Shown here: positions 9,314 to 19,539 of the stretch, piece after piece
How positions within the stretch are numbered: position 1 is the first letter of the stretch
How the letters are laid out: the number at the start of each line of letters is the position of its first letter
Assembly (NCBI GenBank): GCA_963747235.1
Contig: CAVVEU010000040.1
Span: forward strand, 32,001 to 96,000
Length of the DNA: 64,000 nt
Source: an uncultured Candidatus Rokubacteria bacterium
GTDB lineage: Bacteria; Methylomirabilota; Methylomirabilia; Rokubacteriales; CSP1-6
Direction of reading: 5' to 3'
Notes under the pieces: model-generated
Told to the model about the DNA's origin: nothing
The model's input: the letters and a program-made list of their open reading frames with translations, nothing else
Database searches by the model: none
Made by a program: the position numbers and the translations under genes

Positions 9314-10273
9314 ATGCGCACCGCGCTGTCGGCGGGCCTGCTCGGCCTCACCCTGGCTGTCGCCGTCCTGGCGGGCGCCCAGGCCCCCACGCGGGAGCCC
9401 AACGAGCTGGGCCGCGTGATGATCCTCGAGTACCACAAGATCGACACGCCGGAAGCCCGCTGGACCCGCACCCCGGAGAACTTCCGGCGCGACCTGCAGC
9501 GCCTCTGGGAGCGCGGCTATCGCCTGGTGGCGCTCAACGACTATCTCGACGGCAAGATCGCCCTGCCCGCGGGGACCACGCCCCTCATCCTGACCTTCGA
9601 CGACTCCTCCCCGGGCCAGTTCCGCTATATTCAGCGCGGCAGCGACTGGGTCATCGATCCCGAGTGCGGGATCGGCATCCTGGAAGCCTTCGCGCGCGAG
9701 CATCCGGGCTTCGGCCGCGCGGCCACGTTCTACGTGCTGCCGGGCGCCAACCCGCCCAACCGGCTCTTCAACCAGCCCGACCTGGCCACCCGCAAGCTGC
9801 AGCACCTGGTCAGCCAGGGCTACGAGATCGGCAATCACTCCCTCTGGCACGCGGAGCTGGGCCGCTACTCCGAGGCCGTGGTGCGCGAGCAGCTCGCGGG
9901 CGCGCAGGAGTGGGTGCAGCGCCACGTGCCCGGCTATCGCTTCCGCACCCTCGCGCTCCCGCTGGGCAGCTACCCCAAGGAGCTCGGCTGGGCGCTATCG
10001 GGCGAGGCCAAGGGCATGAGCTACAAGCACGACGCCATCCTGATGGTGGCGGGCGGCGCGGCCCCGTCCCCGCACGCGCGGAACTTCGACGCCAATCGCC
10101 TGCCCCGCATCCAGGCGGTGGGGCCCGACCTCGACTACTGGATCACCTACTTCGACCGGAACCCCGGCGAGCGCTATGTGAGCGACGGGGACGCCGCGAC
10201 CGTCACGGTGGCGAGCGGCAGCACCGGCAAGGTGGGGCTGGTCCGTGCCGCCCGCGTGATCGAGCGGCGGTAG
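9314..10273 (+). CDS. Secreted polysaccharide deacetylase (CE4/NodB)
   Basis: Signal peptide; ILEYHKI, LTFDDS, EIGNHSLWH, LALPLG. Confidence 0.88.
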   Translation: MRTALSAGLLGLTLAVAVLAGAQAPTREPNELGRVMILEYHKIDTPEARWTRTPENFRRDLQRLWERGYRLVALNDYLDGKIALPAGTTPLILTFDDSSPGQFRYIQRGSDWVIDPECGIGILEAFAREHPGFGRAATFYVLPGANPPNRLFNQPDLATRKLQHLVSQGYEIGNHSLWHAELGRYSEAVVREQLAGAQEWVQRHVPGYRFRTLALPLGSYPKELGWALSGEAKGMSYKHDAILMVAGGAAPSPHARNFDANRLPRIQAVGPDLDYWITYFDRNPGERYVSDGDAATVTVASGSTGKVGLVRAARVIERR

Positions 10274-10299
10274 CCGCCCGCCCGGCGGTTTCTGCCGCG

Positions 10300-12665
10300 C
10301 TACTTGTAGAGCAGGTAGGGCGCGCGGCGCTGCAGGAACGCGTTGCGCGCGGAGTCGGCCCAGGCGAGGATGCGCGCGAACGGATCGCCCCGCAGCATGG
10401 ACCACATCGTGGAGCGGTTCACCAGCAGGTTCTGGATAGCCGCCGGCCGGAAGTTCCCCGGGTAGCGCTCCATCAGCTCGCGGCCCAGCGCGAGCCCCAC
10501 CGGCACCGCGCGGAGCGCGTCGCGGTCCGTCACCTCGAGCCGCACCCCGCCGACCTGCCGCCCCGCGTGGACGCTCGACGTCGGCGTGAAGAACACGGGA
10601 TGGAACTGCACCCCGGCCAGGCCGCGCGCGTTCATCGCGTCGGCCAGCACCTGGGGATCCGCGATCCAGGGCGCCCCGATCACCTCGAACGGCATCTCGG
10701 TGCCGCGCCCGACCGAGAGGTTGGTCGCCTCCAGCAGGCCCACGCCCGAGTAGAGCAGCGCCTGCGTCTGGTTCCGGATATTGGGTGACGGATTCACCCA
10801 CGTGAGGCCGGTCTCGTCGAACCACTGCGTGCGCTGCCAGTTCTCGAGCGGGATCACCGTGAGCTTGACCGGGAGCTTCCGCTCGCCCACCACCATCTGG
10901 GCGAACTCCCCCATGGTCATGCCGGTACGCACCGGGACGGTGTGGGGCGCCGTGAAGGAGCGCATGTCGGGATCCATCAGCGGCCCTTCGACGATGCTGC
11001 CCGTGATGGGGTTGGGCCGGTCCAGCACCACGACCTGGATCCCGCGGCGCCCGCCCTCCTCCAGTGCGTACACCAGCGTGGTGAGGTAGGTGTAGTAGCG
11101 CACGCCGACGTCCTGGATGTCGAAGACGAGCGTGTCGATGCCGCTGAGCTGCTCGGGCGACGGGCGGCGCCCCGGGCCGTAGAGGCTCCAGATCGCCAGG
11201 CCGGTGGCCGCGTCGCGGCTGTGGGGCACGTTGGCGTCCACGAGCCCGGTGATGCCGTGCTCCGGCGAGAAGAGCGCCTTGAGCTTCACCTGCGGGGCCG
11301 CGGCCAGTAGATCCACCGCGCGGCGCCCCTGCGAGTCGATGCCGGTCTGGTTGGTGATGAGGCCGACGGTGCGCCCGGCCAGCGGCGCGAAGTCGTCGGC
11401 CACCAGGCGATCGAGCCCGGTCAGCGTGGAGCCCTCGGGCAGGAGCGGCGCGCCGTCCGCCGCCGGACTCGTGGCTTCCGTCCGGCTCGAGGCGGTCGCG
11501 ACCGGCGGCTCCTCCCGGGGTGCGAAGCGCGTGCCGACCGCGGCGCTGATCCGCCGGCGCAGCTCGGCCACGTCGCCCTTGCCGTAGGGATGGACGCGAT
11601 TGGTGAGCAGGATCATGTACACGCCGGTCGCCGGGATCCATCCAGATCGCGGGACCGGTGAAGCCGGTGTGGCCCACCGAGCCCGCGGGGAAGTAGGCGC
11701 CGAGCGTGCGCGAGTAGGGCGAGGAGATGTCCCAGCCGAGGCCGCGCGTGGACTCGCCGATCACGTGCGGCGCGAACATCGCCTTGACGGTGGCCTCCTT
11801 CAGGTAGCGCCGGCCGCCGAGCTGGCCGCCCGCCAGGAGCATGCGGCAGAACCGGCTCAGGTCGCTCGCGGTCGAGAAGACGCCGGCGTGCCCCGCGATG
11901 CCGTGCAGCAGCCGCGCGTTGCCGTCGTGCACCACCCCGCGGAGCGGGCCGTGGTTGTTCACCACCTCGGTGGGCGCGATGCGCTTGCGCCACGCGGCCG
12001 GGCGGGTCGAACGCGGTATCGCGCATGCCGAGCGGGGCGTAGAACTGCTTCCGCGCGAAGGTGTCGAGCGGCATGCCGCTCACGCGCCGGACCAGCTCCC
12101 CGAGGAGAATGTAGCCGGTGTCGCTGTAGAGGAACGTGAGGCCCGGAGGCACCGCGAGGCCGGCGCGCGCCTGGATGCGCCCGGCCTCCGGGAAGCCCTT
12201 GGCCATCGCCTCGCGCGACGGCAGATCGTTCATGCCCGCCGAGTGGGTGAGCAGGCGCATCACCGTCACGTCCTGGAACGCGGCGGTGTCGAACTCCTTG
12301 AGGTAGCGGCCGAGCGGCGCGTTCAGATCGATCTTGCCCATCTCCCAGAGCCGCAGGACGGAGGGCGCGGTGGCGATCACCTTCGTGAGGGACGCGATGT
12401 CGAAGATCGTGTCCGCGGTCATCAGCTCGGGATGCGGCACGGTGGCGCGCCAGCCCAGGACCTTTCGATGGAGGATCTGATCGCCCTGCCCGACAACCAG
12501 CACCGCGCCCGGGATCTCCGACGAGGCCACCGAGTCCCGGATCGCTTCGTCCACCGCGAGCTGCCAGGTCACGGTCTGGGCCGGGACCGGGGAAGACGTG
12601 GCCGCGACCACCATCACGGGAAGGAGCAGCACGGGGAGCAGGAGCCCGGTCGAGCGAAACCGCAT
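10300..12665 (-). CDS. Serine hydrolase (beta-lactamase/AmiE-like) fused to DUF1343 exo-beta-N-acetylmuramidase (NamZ-like); indels near 12000 and 11635
   Basis: FDIASLTK (SxxK), LLTHSAG, YSD, GHAGVFST, GHTGFTG, then GLITNQTG, LFSPEHG, DIQDVGVRYYTY, VLDRPNP, PSPN, SVGRGT. Confidence 0.88.
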
Positions 12666-12740
12666 GGCACTATGATACGGGCTGGCGTAGGCGCCGCCGC
12701 GCGAAAATCTCGGCGCCCCGGCCCGTGCTACGATCCGCCC

Positions 12741-13646
12741 GTGGCGCAACGCGTGTTCGTGACCGGCGGCACCGGCTTCGTCGGCAAGGCGGTCATCCGC
12801 GCACTTCTTGCGCAGGGTTTTCTCGTCCGCTGCCTCGTCCGGCCGGGCTCCGAGGGGGACCTCAAGGGCTTCGAATCCATCGACCGCGTTCCCGGTGACG
12901 TGCTCCAGCCGGATGGGCTCACCGCGAGCGTGGAAGGCTGCAGCGCGCTCGTGCATCTGGTCGGCATCATCCGCGAGCAGCGCGGGCGGGGCGTCACCTT
13001 CGAGCGCCTGCACGTCCAGGCCACCCGGAACATGCTCGCGCTCGCGCGCGCGGCCGGCATCAAGCGCTTTGCCCAGATGAGCGCGCTGGGCACGCGATCC
13101 GGCGCCCGCGCGCGGTATCACCAGACGAAGTGGGAGGCGGAAGAAGCGGTGCGCGCGAGCGATCTGGCGTGGACCATCCTCCGGCCGTCCATCATCTTCG
13201 GGCGCGGCGACGCCTTCATGTCCGTGCTGGGACAGGCCGTCAAGCGACTCCCGGTGATGCCGGTGCTGGGCGACGGCCGCTACCGGCTCCAGCCGATCGC
13301 GGTGGAGCAGGTCGCGGACGGCTTCGGTCGCGCGCTGCGCACGCCCGAGAGCGTGCGGCAGACGTACGAGGTGGCCGGCCCGACGCCCTACGCCTTCGTG
13401 GACCTGCTCGACGCGATCGGCCGCGCGGTCGGCCGCGCGCGCGTGCGCAAGCTCCACGTGCCCCTGGCTCCCGTGCGCGTGATGACCCGCGCGCTCGACT
13501 GGCTGCCGTTCTATCCGCTCTCCACCGATCAGCTCGTGATGCTGGAAGAAGAGAGCGTGACCGATCCCTCGCGCTTCTTCACCGAGCTGGGCCTCCAGCC
13601 CGAGCCACTCGCCGCCGGCCTCGCGCGCATGTTCGCCGCGCCATGA
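12741..13646 (+). CDS. NDUFA9-like NAD(P)-dependent epimerase/dehydratase (atypical SDR)
   Basis: VTGGTGFVG, HLVGIIRE, MSALG, YHQTKWEAEE, LRPSIIFG. Confidence 0.9.
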   Translation: MAQRVFVTGGTGFVGKAVIRALLAQGFLVRCLVRPGSEGDLKGFESIDRVPGDVLQPDGLTASVEGCSALVHLVGIIREQRGRGVTFERLHVQATRNMLALARAAGIKRFAQMSALGTRSGARARYHQTKWEAEEAVRASDLAWTILRPSIIFGRGDAFMSVLGQAVKRLPVMPVLGDGRYRLQPIAVEQVADGFGRALRTPESVRQTYEVAGPTPYAFVDLLDAIGRAVGRARVRKLHVPLAPVRVMTRALDWLPFYPLSTDQLVMLEEESVTDPSRFFTELGLQPEPLAAGLARMFAAP

Positions 13647-14101
13647 GCGAGTGGCCGGTGCACGGCGCGTTCCCGCACCAGCACGGTGACGCGCGCGGAC
13701 TCATGGAGCGCATCCAGGCGCAGCTCCGCGAGCGCATCGAGGAAGCCGTGGAGATGGCCGCGCTGAAGCTCATGGTAGATCTGCGCGCGGCCACCGGACG
13801 CCCCGCGCCCGAGACCACCAGCACCGCCGACCGCGCCGAGTTCGAGGCCGGCTCGCGGGCCCTGCTCGCGTGGCTGCGCGACGCGTACGTGGCCGAGCTG
13901 CCGGCGGACCTGCGCCCGAGCTTCGACGAGGTCGAGACCGCCGCGGGCGACGAGCCCGCGCGCCTGCTCACCGGCCAGGTGTGGCTGGCCCGGCGGCTCC
14001 CCGACTACTGGCAGCGCTTCGAGCGCTACCAGCGCCAGTACGCGGAGCAGCGGCTGGCCGACCCGGCCGGGCCCGGGTGGCTCAAGCGGCTTTTCGGCTG
14101 A
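13643..14101 (+). CDS. Hypothetical helical protein
   Basis: ATGA overlap with the upstream stop; MSEWPVHGAFPHQHG...WLKRLFG; coding-like codon use. Confidence 0.7.
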   Translation: MSEWPVHGAFPHQHGDARGLMERIQAQLRERIEEAVEMAALKLMVDLRAATGRPAPETTSTADRAEFEAGSRALLAWLRDAYVAELPADLRPSFDEVETAAGDEPARLLTGQVWLARRLPDYWQRFERYQRQYAEQRLADPAGPGWLKRLFG

Positions 14102-14360
14102 TCCGGGCGGGCGCCTCCGCGCCGTCCTTGCGGAGCCCGGCCACGGCCCAGAGGTCCTCGCACTCCTCGAGCGTGCGCGTCCACTCGTCGTAGCCATCCA
14201 GCAGCGCCGCCCGGAGCGCGGTCAGCCGCTCCTCACAGCGCTCGATGGGAGCCCTCAGATCGGACTTGAGGCCGGCGGCGGTGTCTTCCCCCACGCGCAC
14301 GGCGATCCGGTCCAGCAAGCGGTTCAGCTCGTCCTGTAGCAGCCTCTCCAAGGCATTCAT
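14082..14360 (-). CDS. Hypothetical coiled-coil protein (92 aa)
   Basis: AGGAGG RBS and TTGACA/TAGTAT promoter elements upstream; shares an upstream motif with the radical SAM gene. Confidence 0.75.
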   Translation of the reverse strand: MNALERLLQDELNRLLDRIAVRVGEDTAAGLKSDLRAPIERCEERLTALRAALLDGYDEWTRTLEECEDLWAVAGLRKDGAEAPARISRKAA

Positions 14361-14385
14361 CTCAGCACCTCCTGTGGAGACCTCT

Positions 14386-14405
14386 ATACTAAACAGGTGA
14401 AGAGC
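14386..14405. promoter_or_regulatory. Candidate operator copy 1 (ATACTAAACAnnnGAnGAG)
   Basis: ATACTAAACAGGTGAAGAGC; 15/20 identical to 21973-21992, same orientation, overlapping the TAGTAT -10 box. Confidence 0.6.
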
Positions 14406-14438
14406 TTAGACTGTCAAGCAGTCGCCCGGTATTTCCAC

Positions 14439-14477
14439 TTGACCCCGTGAAACAAGAGCCGTACGGTGTTGCAACAC
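14439..14477 (+). promoter_or_regulatory. chrB promoter with perfect palindrome GTGTTGCAACAC (candidate ChrB operator)
   Basis: TTGACC-17 bp-TACGGT; 12-bp palindrome at 14466-14477 directly before ATG 14478. Confidence 0.6.
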
Positions 14478-15404
14478 ATGTTGCACGGATGGCTACTCCT
14501 GTTGCTGAGTCTCCCACCCCGGCCTTCCAGCCTGCGCGTCCGCGCCTGGCGCAGACTGCGAGGGCTGGGCGCCGTGCCGCTCAGGAGCTCGGCCTACCTC
14601 CTGCCCGACTCCCCGGATCGCTACGAGCAGTTCCAGTGGCTCGCCCAGGAGATCCAGCGCGACGGCGGCGAGGCCACCCTGCTTCGCGTGGACCGGATCG
14701 AGAACATGCAGCAGCCGGACGTGGTGCGCCTGTTCCAGGAGGCTCGCAACCAGGACTACGCGGCCCTCGCGGAGCGCTACCGCAAGCTGCTCAAGGGCCG
14801 CCGGCCGCGGCTCGCCGAGGAGCTGGCCCGGCTCGCCCGCGAGATGGGCCGGATCACCGAGATCGACTTCTTCGAAGCGCCCGGCCGCCGGGAGGTGGAG
14901 CGCGCGCGGGAAGCCGTCGAGGAGCGCACGGCCCTGGGACGGGCGCGGCCGGCGGGCGCGGCCCCGCCTCTCGATCTCGCCGCGCTCAAGGGACGGCGCT
15001 GGGTCACGCGGCCGCGGCCCCACGTGGACCGCATCGCGTCGGCGTGGCTCATCAAGCGCTTCGTGGATCCGGAGGCCGAGTTCGTCTTCGCGCCGCCCGA
15101 CCAGATTCCGGGTGACGCCATCCCGTTCGACATGGCCGGCGTGGACTTCGGCCATCAGGGCGAGGACTGCACCTTCGAGACCCTGCTGCGCCGCACCGGG
15201 CTCCGCGACCGCAAGCTCGCCATCCTGGCCGAGATCGTCCACGAGGCCGACATCAAGGACCAGAAGTTCGCGCGCGAGGAAGCCCGCGGGATCGATCTCG
15301 CGCTGCGCGCGCTGCTGAGCGCGATCAAGGACGACCACGAGGCCCTCGCGCACGGGATGACCCTGTTCGACGGCCTCTACGCCACCGTCGGGGAGCGCGC
15401 ATGA
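14478..15404 (+). CDS. chrB: Chromate resistance regulator ChrB (ChrB_N + ChrB_C)
   Basis: LPPRPSSLRVRAWRRL, IDFF, WVTRPRPHVDRIASAWLIKRFVDPEAEF, FGHQGEDCTFE, IVHEAD. Confidence 0.92.
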   Translation: MLHGWLLLLLSLPPRPSSLRVRAWRRLRGLGAVPLRSSAYLLPDSPDRYEQFQWLAQEIQRDGGEATLLRVDRIENMQQPDVVRLFQEARNQDYAALAERYRKLLKGRRPRLAEELARLAREMGRITEIDFFEAPGRREVERAREAVEERTALGRARPAGAAPPLDLAALKGRRWVTRPRPHVDRIASAWLIKRFVDPEAEFVFAPPDQIPGDAIPFDMAGVDFGHQGEDCTFETLLRRTGLRDRKLAILAEIVHEADIKDQKFAREEARGIDLALRALLSAIKDDHEALAHGMTLFDGLYATVGERA

Positions 15405-16569
15405 GCGAGCCGCGGACGACCTGGGGCCTCGTTCGTTACTTCCTCTACCTGGGCAGCCTCGGCTTCGGCGGGCCGGTGGCGCTCATCGGCTACATGCAGC
15501 GTGACCTCGTCGAGCGCCGATCGTGGTTCACCAAGCAGGACTACTTGAAGGGGCTGACCCTCTCGCAGCTCGCCCCCGGCCCCCTCGCCGCCCAGCTCGC
15601 CATGTGCCTCGGCTACGTCCACGGCGGGGCCGCGGGCGCCACCCTGATCGGACTCGCGTTCATCCTGCCCTCGTTCCTGATGACGCTGGCGCTGGGCGCG
15701 GTCTACGTCGCCTACGGCGGCCTCGGGTGGATGCAGGCGGCATTCTACGGAGTGGGCGCCGCGGTGATCGGCATCATCGTGCGCTCGGCCTGGAAGCTCC
15801 TGCGCCTGTCGCTCGCGGCGGACCGGTTGCTGTGGGCGATCGCCGGCGCGATGGCGCTCGTCACGGTGTGGACCGAGACCGAGATCGGCAGCCTGTTCAT
15901 CCTGTGCGGCCTCGTGGTGCTGCTGGTGCAGGCGCCACCGCGCCGCTTGCTGGCCTGGGCCGGCTCGAGCAAGAGCCTGCCCGCGCTGGGCTGGCCCCTG
16001 TTCTGATGACGGGCCTGACCGCCACCGCGACGCCCGGCGTGCTGGCCCAGATCCTCTGGTTCTTCACGAAGGCGGGCGCGTTCGTGTTCGGCAGCGGCCT
16101 GGCCATCGTGCCCTTCCTCTACGGCGGCGTCGTGCAGGAGTACCGGTGGCTCACCGACCAGCAGTTCCTCGACGCGGTCGCGGTGGCCATGCTGACGCCG
16201 GGGCCGGTGGTGATCACGGTGGCCTTCATCGGCTATCTCGTCGCGGGCGTGGCGGGCGGCACCGCGGCCGCCATCGGCGTCTTCCTGCCGACCTACCTCT
16301 TCGTCGTCGTGCCGTACCGCTGGTTCGATCGCTTCGGCGAGAACCCGCAGGTGAAGGCCTTCGTCAACGGCGTGACCGCCGCGGCGGCGGGCGCCATCGC
16401 GGGCGCCTGCGTCGTCCTCGGCCGCCGCGCCATCTTCGACCTGCCCACCGCCCTGATCGGGCTGGTCGCGTTCGGCCTGCTCTGGCGCCTGAAGGTGCCC
16501 GAGCCGATCCTGATCGCGGCGGCGGGCGTCACCGGTCTCATCATCTTCTGGATCAAAGGAGCCCTATGA
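15401..16569 (+). CDS. chrA: Chromate efflux transporter ChrA; split at 16004-16008 (probable indel, or a short-chain CHR pair)
   Basis: LGFGGPVALIGYMQRDLVE, QLAPGP; second half GAFVFGSGLAIVPFL, FLDAVAVAMLTPGP. Confidence 0.92.
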
Positions 16570-16982
16570 GCACAGCACGATCCGTTCTCTTCGTCTGTCT
16601 GCACGGCGCGGCCAAGAGCGTCCTCGCCGCCGCCGATTTCAGGAAGCTGGCCGCCGAGCGCGGTCTCGCCCTCACCGCCGATGCGGCCGGCACCGAGCCG
16701 GATCCCGTGATCGCTCCCGGCGTCGTGGCCGCGCTGCGGGCGGAAGGGGTCGAGCTCGGCCAGACCCGGCCGCGGCGGGTCACCGCGGACGAGACCGCGC
16801 GGGCCGATCGCGTCGTCACGTTCGGCTGCGAGCTCGGCGAGGCGACGCCGACCGCGGTGCCGGTCGAGCGCTGGGACGACGTGCCCGCGGTGAGCGAGAA
16901 CCTGCCGCTCGCCCGCGTCGCGATCCGCCGCCATCTCGACCGCCTGCTCGACGAGTGCGCGACTACGGGAGCCCAGCGATGA
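16566..16982 (+). CDS. ArsC/LMW-PTP fold protein with variant P-loop
   Basis: VLFVCLHGAAKS, AAGTEP, ADRVVTFGC, WDDVP. Confidence 0.82.
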   Translation: MSTARSVLFVCLHGAAKSVLAAADFRKLAAERGLALTADAAGTEPDPVIAPGVVAALRAEGVELGQTRPRRVTADETARADRVVTFGCELGEATPTAVPVERWDDVPAVSENLPLARVAIRRHLDRLLDECATTGAQR

Positions 16983-17404
16983 AGTGGGTGACGCGACGCA
17001 AGGCCCGGGTGGACCGCATCGCCTGCCCCTGGCTCATCCAGCGCTTCATCGACCCGCAGGCCGAGTTCCTGTTCGTGGCGGAGGACCAGGTCATGGACAC
17101 CGCGCGGCGCGAAGGCGCCCTGCCCTTCGACGTGCCCGACGTCGAGCTCGGCCACCACGGGGACCGCTGTTCCTTCGACGCGTTCCTCGACAAGTACGCG
17201 CTGACCGATCCGGCCCTTCACGCCCTCGGCGAGATCGTGCGAGGCGCCGACACGGAAGCCCGCGGGATCGCCCGCGAGGCCTGGGGGCTCTACGCGGTGG
17301 CCAGCGGCTTCCGCGCGATCACCCGCGACGACGTCGAGAACATGGCGCTCCAGTTCCCGGTCTACGACGCGCTCTACGCCTACTGCCGGGCCGATCGCGC
17401 GTGA
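16979..17404 (+). CDS. Stand-alone ChrB_C domain protein (ChrF-like)
   Basis: MKWVTR..VDRIACPWLIQRFIDP, CSFDAF, IVRGADT, VYDALYAYC. Confidence 0.9.
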   Translation: MKWVTRRKARVDRIACPWLIQRFIDPQAEFLFVAEDQVMDTARREGALPFDVPDVELGHHGDRCSFDAFLDKYALTDPALHALGEIVRGADTEARGIAREAWGLYAVASGFRAITRDDVENMALQFPVYDALYAYCRADRA

Positions 17405-18552
17405 GCCGCGACGGGCGCCTGGTCTTCGTCGCGAAGGCGACGCGCACCTTCTGCTACGGCTTTCTCGGCGTCCTCTTCCCGGTCTACCTGGCCGAGCGCG
17501 GCTTCGACGCCCGGCAGATCGGGGTGGCGGTGACGCTGACCCTGCTCGCCAGCGCGGCGATGACCTTCGCGATTCGCCGCCCCGCCGAGCGCTACGGCGC
17601 CCGAGCCGCGCTGGTCGCTCAGGCCGGCCTCATCGTCGTCTCCGCCCTGGTCTTCCTGGTGACCGAGCAGCCCTGGCTGATCGTCGCCGCGGCCATGGTG
17701 GGCAACCTGGCGGTCGGCACGGGCGAGACCGGCCCGTTCCTCACGCTCGAGCAGGTCGCGGTGACCCGCGCCACCCCACGCGAGCGCCTGACCACCGCAC
17801 TGAGCTTCTACAACCTCGTCGGCTACGCCGCCTCCGCGCTCGGCGCCGCCGCCGTCGGATACGCGGGCCCCTCGCCCCGCCTGCTGTTCTCGGTCTTCCT
17901 CGCCGGCGGGCTCGTCCAGATGGGCGCCTATGCGCTGATGCGGCCCGACCCGGGGCGGGCCACCGTCACCCGCCGCGCCGGGTCGGCGCCATCGCGCCCG
18001 CTCATCCACCGCCTGGCCGCGCTCTTCGCGCTCGACTCCCTGGCGGGCGGCTTCGTGCTCCAGAGCCTCATCGCCTACTGGCTCTACACGCGCTTCGAGA
18101 TGGACCTGGCCGCGCTGGGCTGGACGTTCTTCGGCGCCCAGGTGCTCTCGGGCCTCTCCCTGCTCCTGGCCGCGCGCCTCGCGCCCCGCCTGGGCCTCGT
18201 CAACACCATGGTCTTCTCGCACCTGATCTCGAACGTGCTGCTGATCGGGGTCGCGCTGGCGCCGTCCGCCGCGCTGGCGGTGACCCTGCTGCTGGCCCGC
18301 CACCTGCTCTCCCAGATGGACGTGCCCACGCGGCAGAGCTTCCTGATGCTGGCCGTGCAGGATCACGAGCGCGAGGGCGCGGCCAGCCTCACCAACGTGA
18401 GCCGTACGCTCGCCCAGTCGATCAGTCCCGCGCTCAGCGGCCTGGTGATCGCGAGTGGATCCCTCGCCGCGCCGTTCTTCCTGGGCGGAGGCTTGAAGAT
18501 CGTCTACGACCTGATGCTCTACGCGACCATCCGCCACGTCGAGACGCGATGA
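17401..18552 (+). CDS. MFS transporter
   Basis: Multiple TM segments; ETGPFLTLEQ, DSLAGGF, SQMDVPTRQS. Confidence 0.9.
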   Translation: MSRDGRLVFVAKATRTFCYGFLGVLFPVYLAERGFDARQIGVAVTLTLLASAAMTFAIRRPAERYGARAALVAQAGLIVVSALVFLVTEQPWLIVAAAMVGNLAVGTGETGPFLTLEQVAVTRATPRERLTTALSFYNLVGYAASALGAAAVGYAGPSPRLLFSVFLAGGLVQMGAYALMRPDPGRATVTRRAGSAPSRPLIHRLAALFALDSLAGGFVLQSLIAYWLYTRFEMDLAALGWTFFGAQVLSGLSLLLAARLAPRLGLVNTMVFSHLISNVLLIGVALAPSAALAVTLLLARHLLSQMDVPTRQSFLMLAVQDHEREGAASLTNVSRTLAQSISPALSGLVIASGSLAAPFFLGGGLKIVYDLMLYATIRHVETR

Positions 18553-19532
18553 CCCTGGTCCTCACCCGCGGAGACGTGGCGGCCCTGCTGACGCTGGACG
18601 AATGCATCGCCGCGGTCGAGCAGGCGTTTGCGCTCCAGGGCGCGGATCGGGCCCTCGGGCCCGGCATCCTCGGGCTCCACGTGCCCGACGGCGGCTTCCA
18701 CGTCAAGGCAGCGGGGCTGCCGCTCGCTCGCCTCTACGTCGCAGTCAAGCTCAACGCCAACTTCCCCGGGAACGGCCCGCGGCGCGGGCTGCCGACGATC
18801 CAGGGGGTCGTCGCGCTCTCCGACGGAGAGACCGGGCAACCCCTGGCGCTCATGGACTCCATGGAGATCACCGTGCTGCGGACCGGCGCGGCCACCGCGG
18901 TCGCAGCCCGGCACCTGGCCCGGCCTGACGCGCGCGTGGCCACCATCGTGGGCTGCGGACGCCAGGGGCGCATCCAGCTCGCCGCCCTCGCGCGGGTGCG
19001 TCCGCTCGAGCGCGCCTACGCGGTGGACACGGACGCCACGGTCGCGCGGCGATTCGCGGAGGAGGCGTCCGCCCAGCTCGGCCTGGACGTGCGCCCGGCC
19101 GGATCGGCCGCCGAGGCGGCTCCGCTCAGCGATATCTGCGTGACGTGCACGCCCTCGCGGCATCCTCTCCTGCGCCGGGAAGACATCGCCGCCGGAACCT
19201 TCATCGCCGCGGTGGGCGCCGACAACGAGGACAAGGTCGAGATCGATCCGGCGCTGATGGCGGCGGGCCTCATCGTGGTGGACAGCCTCGAGCAGTGCGC
19301 GACGATCGGCGATCTCCACCACGCGCTCGCGCGCGGCGTTCTCTCCACGGCCGACGTGCACGCGACGCTGGCCGAGGTGGTCGCCGGCCGCAGGCCGGGC
19401 CGGACGTCGGCCGAGGAGATCACGATCTTCGACAGCACCGGGGTGGCGATCGAGGACGTGGCCGCCGCGGTCGCGATCTACGAGAGAGCCATCACGTTGG
19501 GACGCGGCGTCACGATCGATCTGGCCGGATGA
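18549..19532 (+). CDS. Ornithine cyclodeaminase/mu-crystallin family protein
   Basis: NGPRRGLPTIQG, ITVLRTGAA, GCGRQG, AVGAD, FDSTGVAIED. Confidence 0.92.
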   Translation: MTLVLTRGDVAALLTLDECIAAVEQAFALQGADRALGPGILGLHVPDGGFHVKAAGLPLARLYVAVKLNANFPGNGPRRGLPTIQGVVALSDGETGQPLALMDSMEITVLRTGAATAVAARHLARPDARVATIVGCGRQGRIQLAALARVRPLERAYAVDTDATVARRFAEEASAQLGLDVRPAGSAAEAAPLSDICVTCTPSRHPLLRREDIAAGTFIAAVGADNEDKVEIDPALMAAGLIVVDSLEQCATIGDLHHALARGVLSTADVHATLAEVVAGRRPGRTSAEEITIFDSTGVAIEDVAAAVAIYERAITLGRGVTIDLAG

Positions 19533-19539
19533 GGGCGCG

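Noticed and set aside
16001-16010. TGATG junction suggesting a short-chain ChrA pair or programmed coupling
   Set aside because: One extra C gives a continuous ...PLFLMTG... linker; an indel is more parsimonious in this assembly, though not proven.
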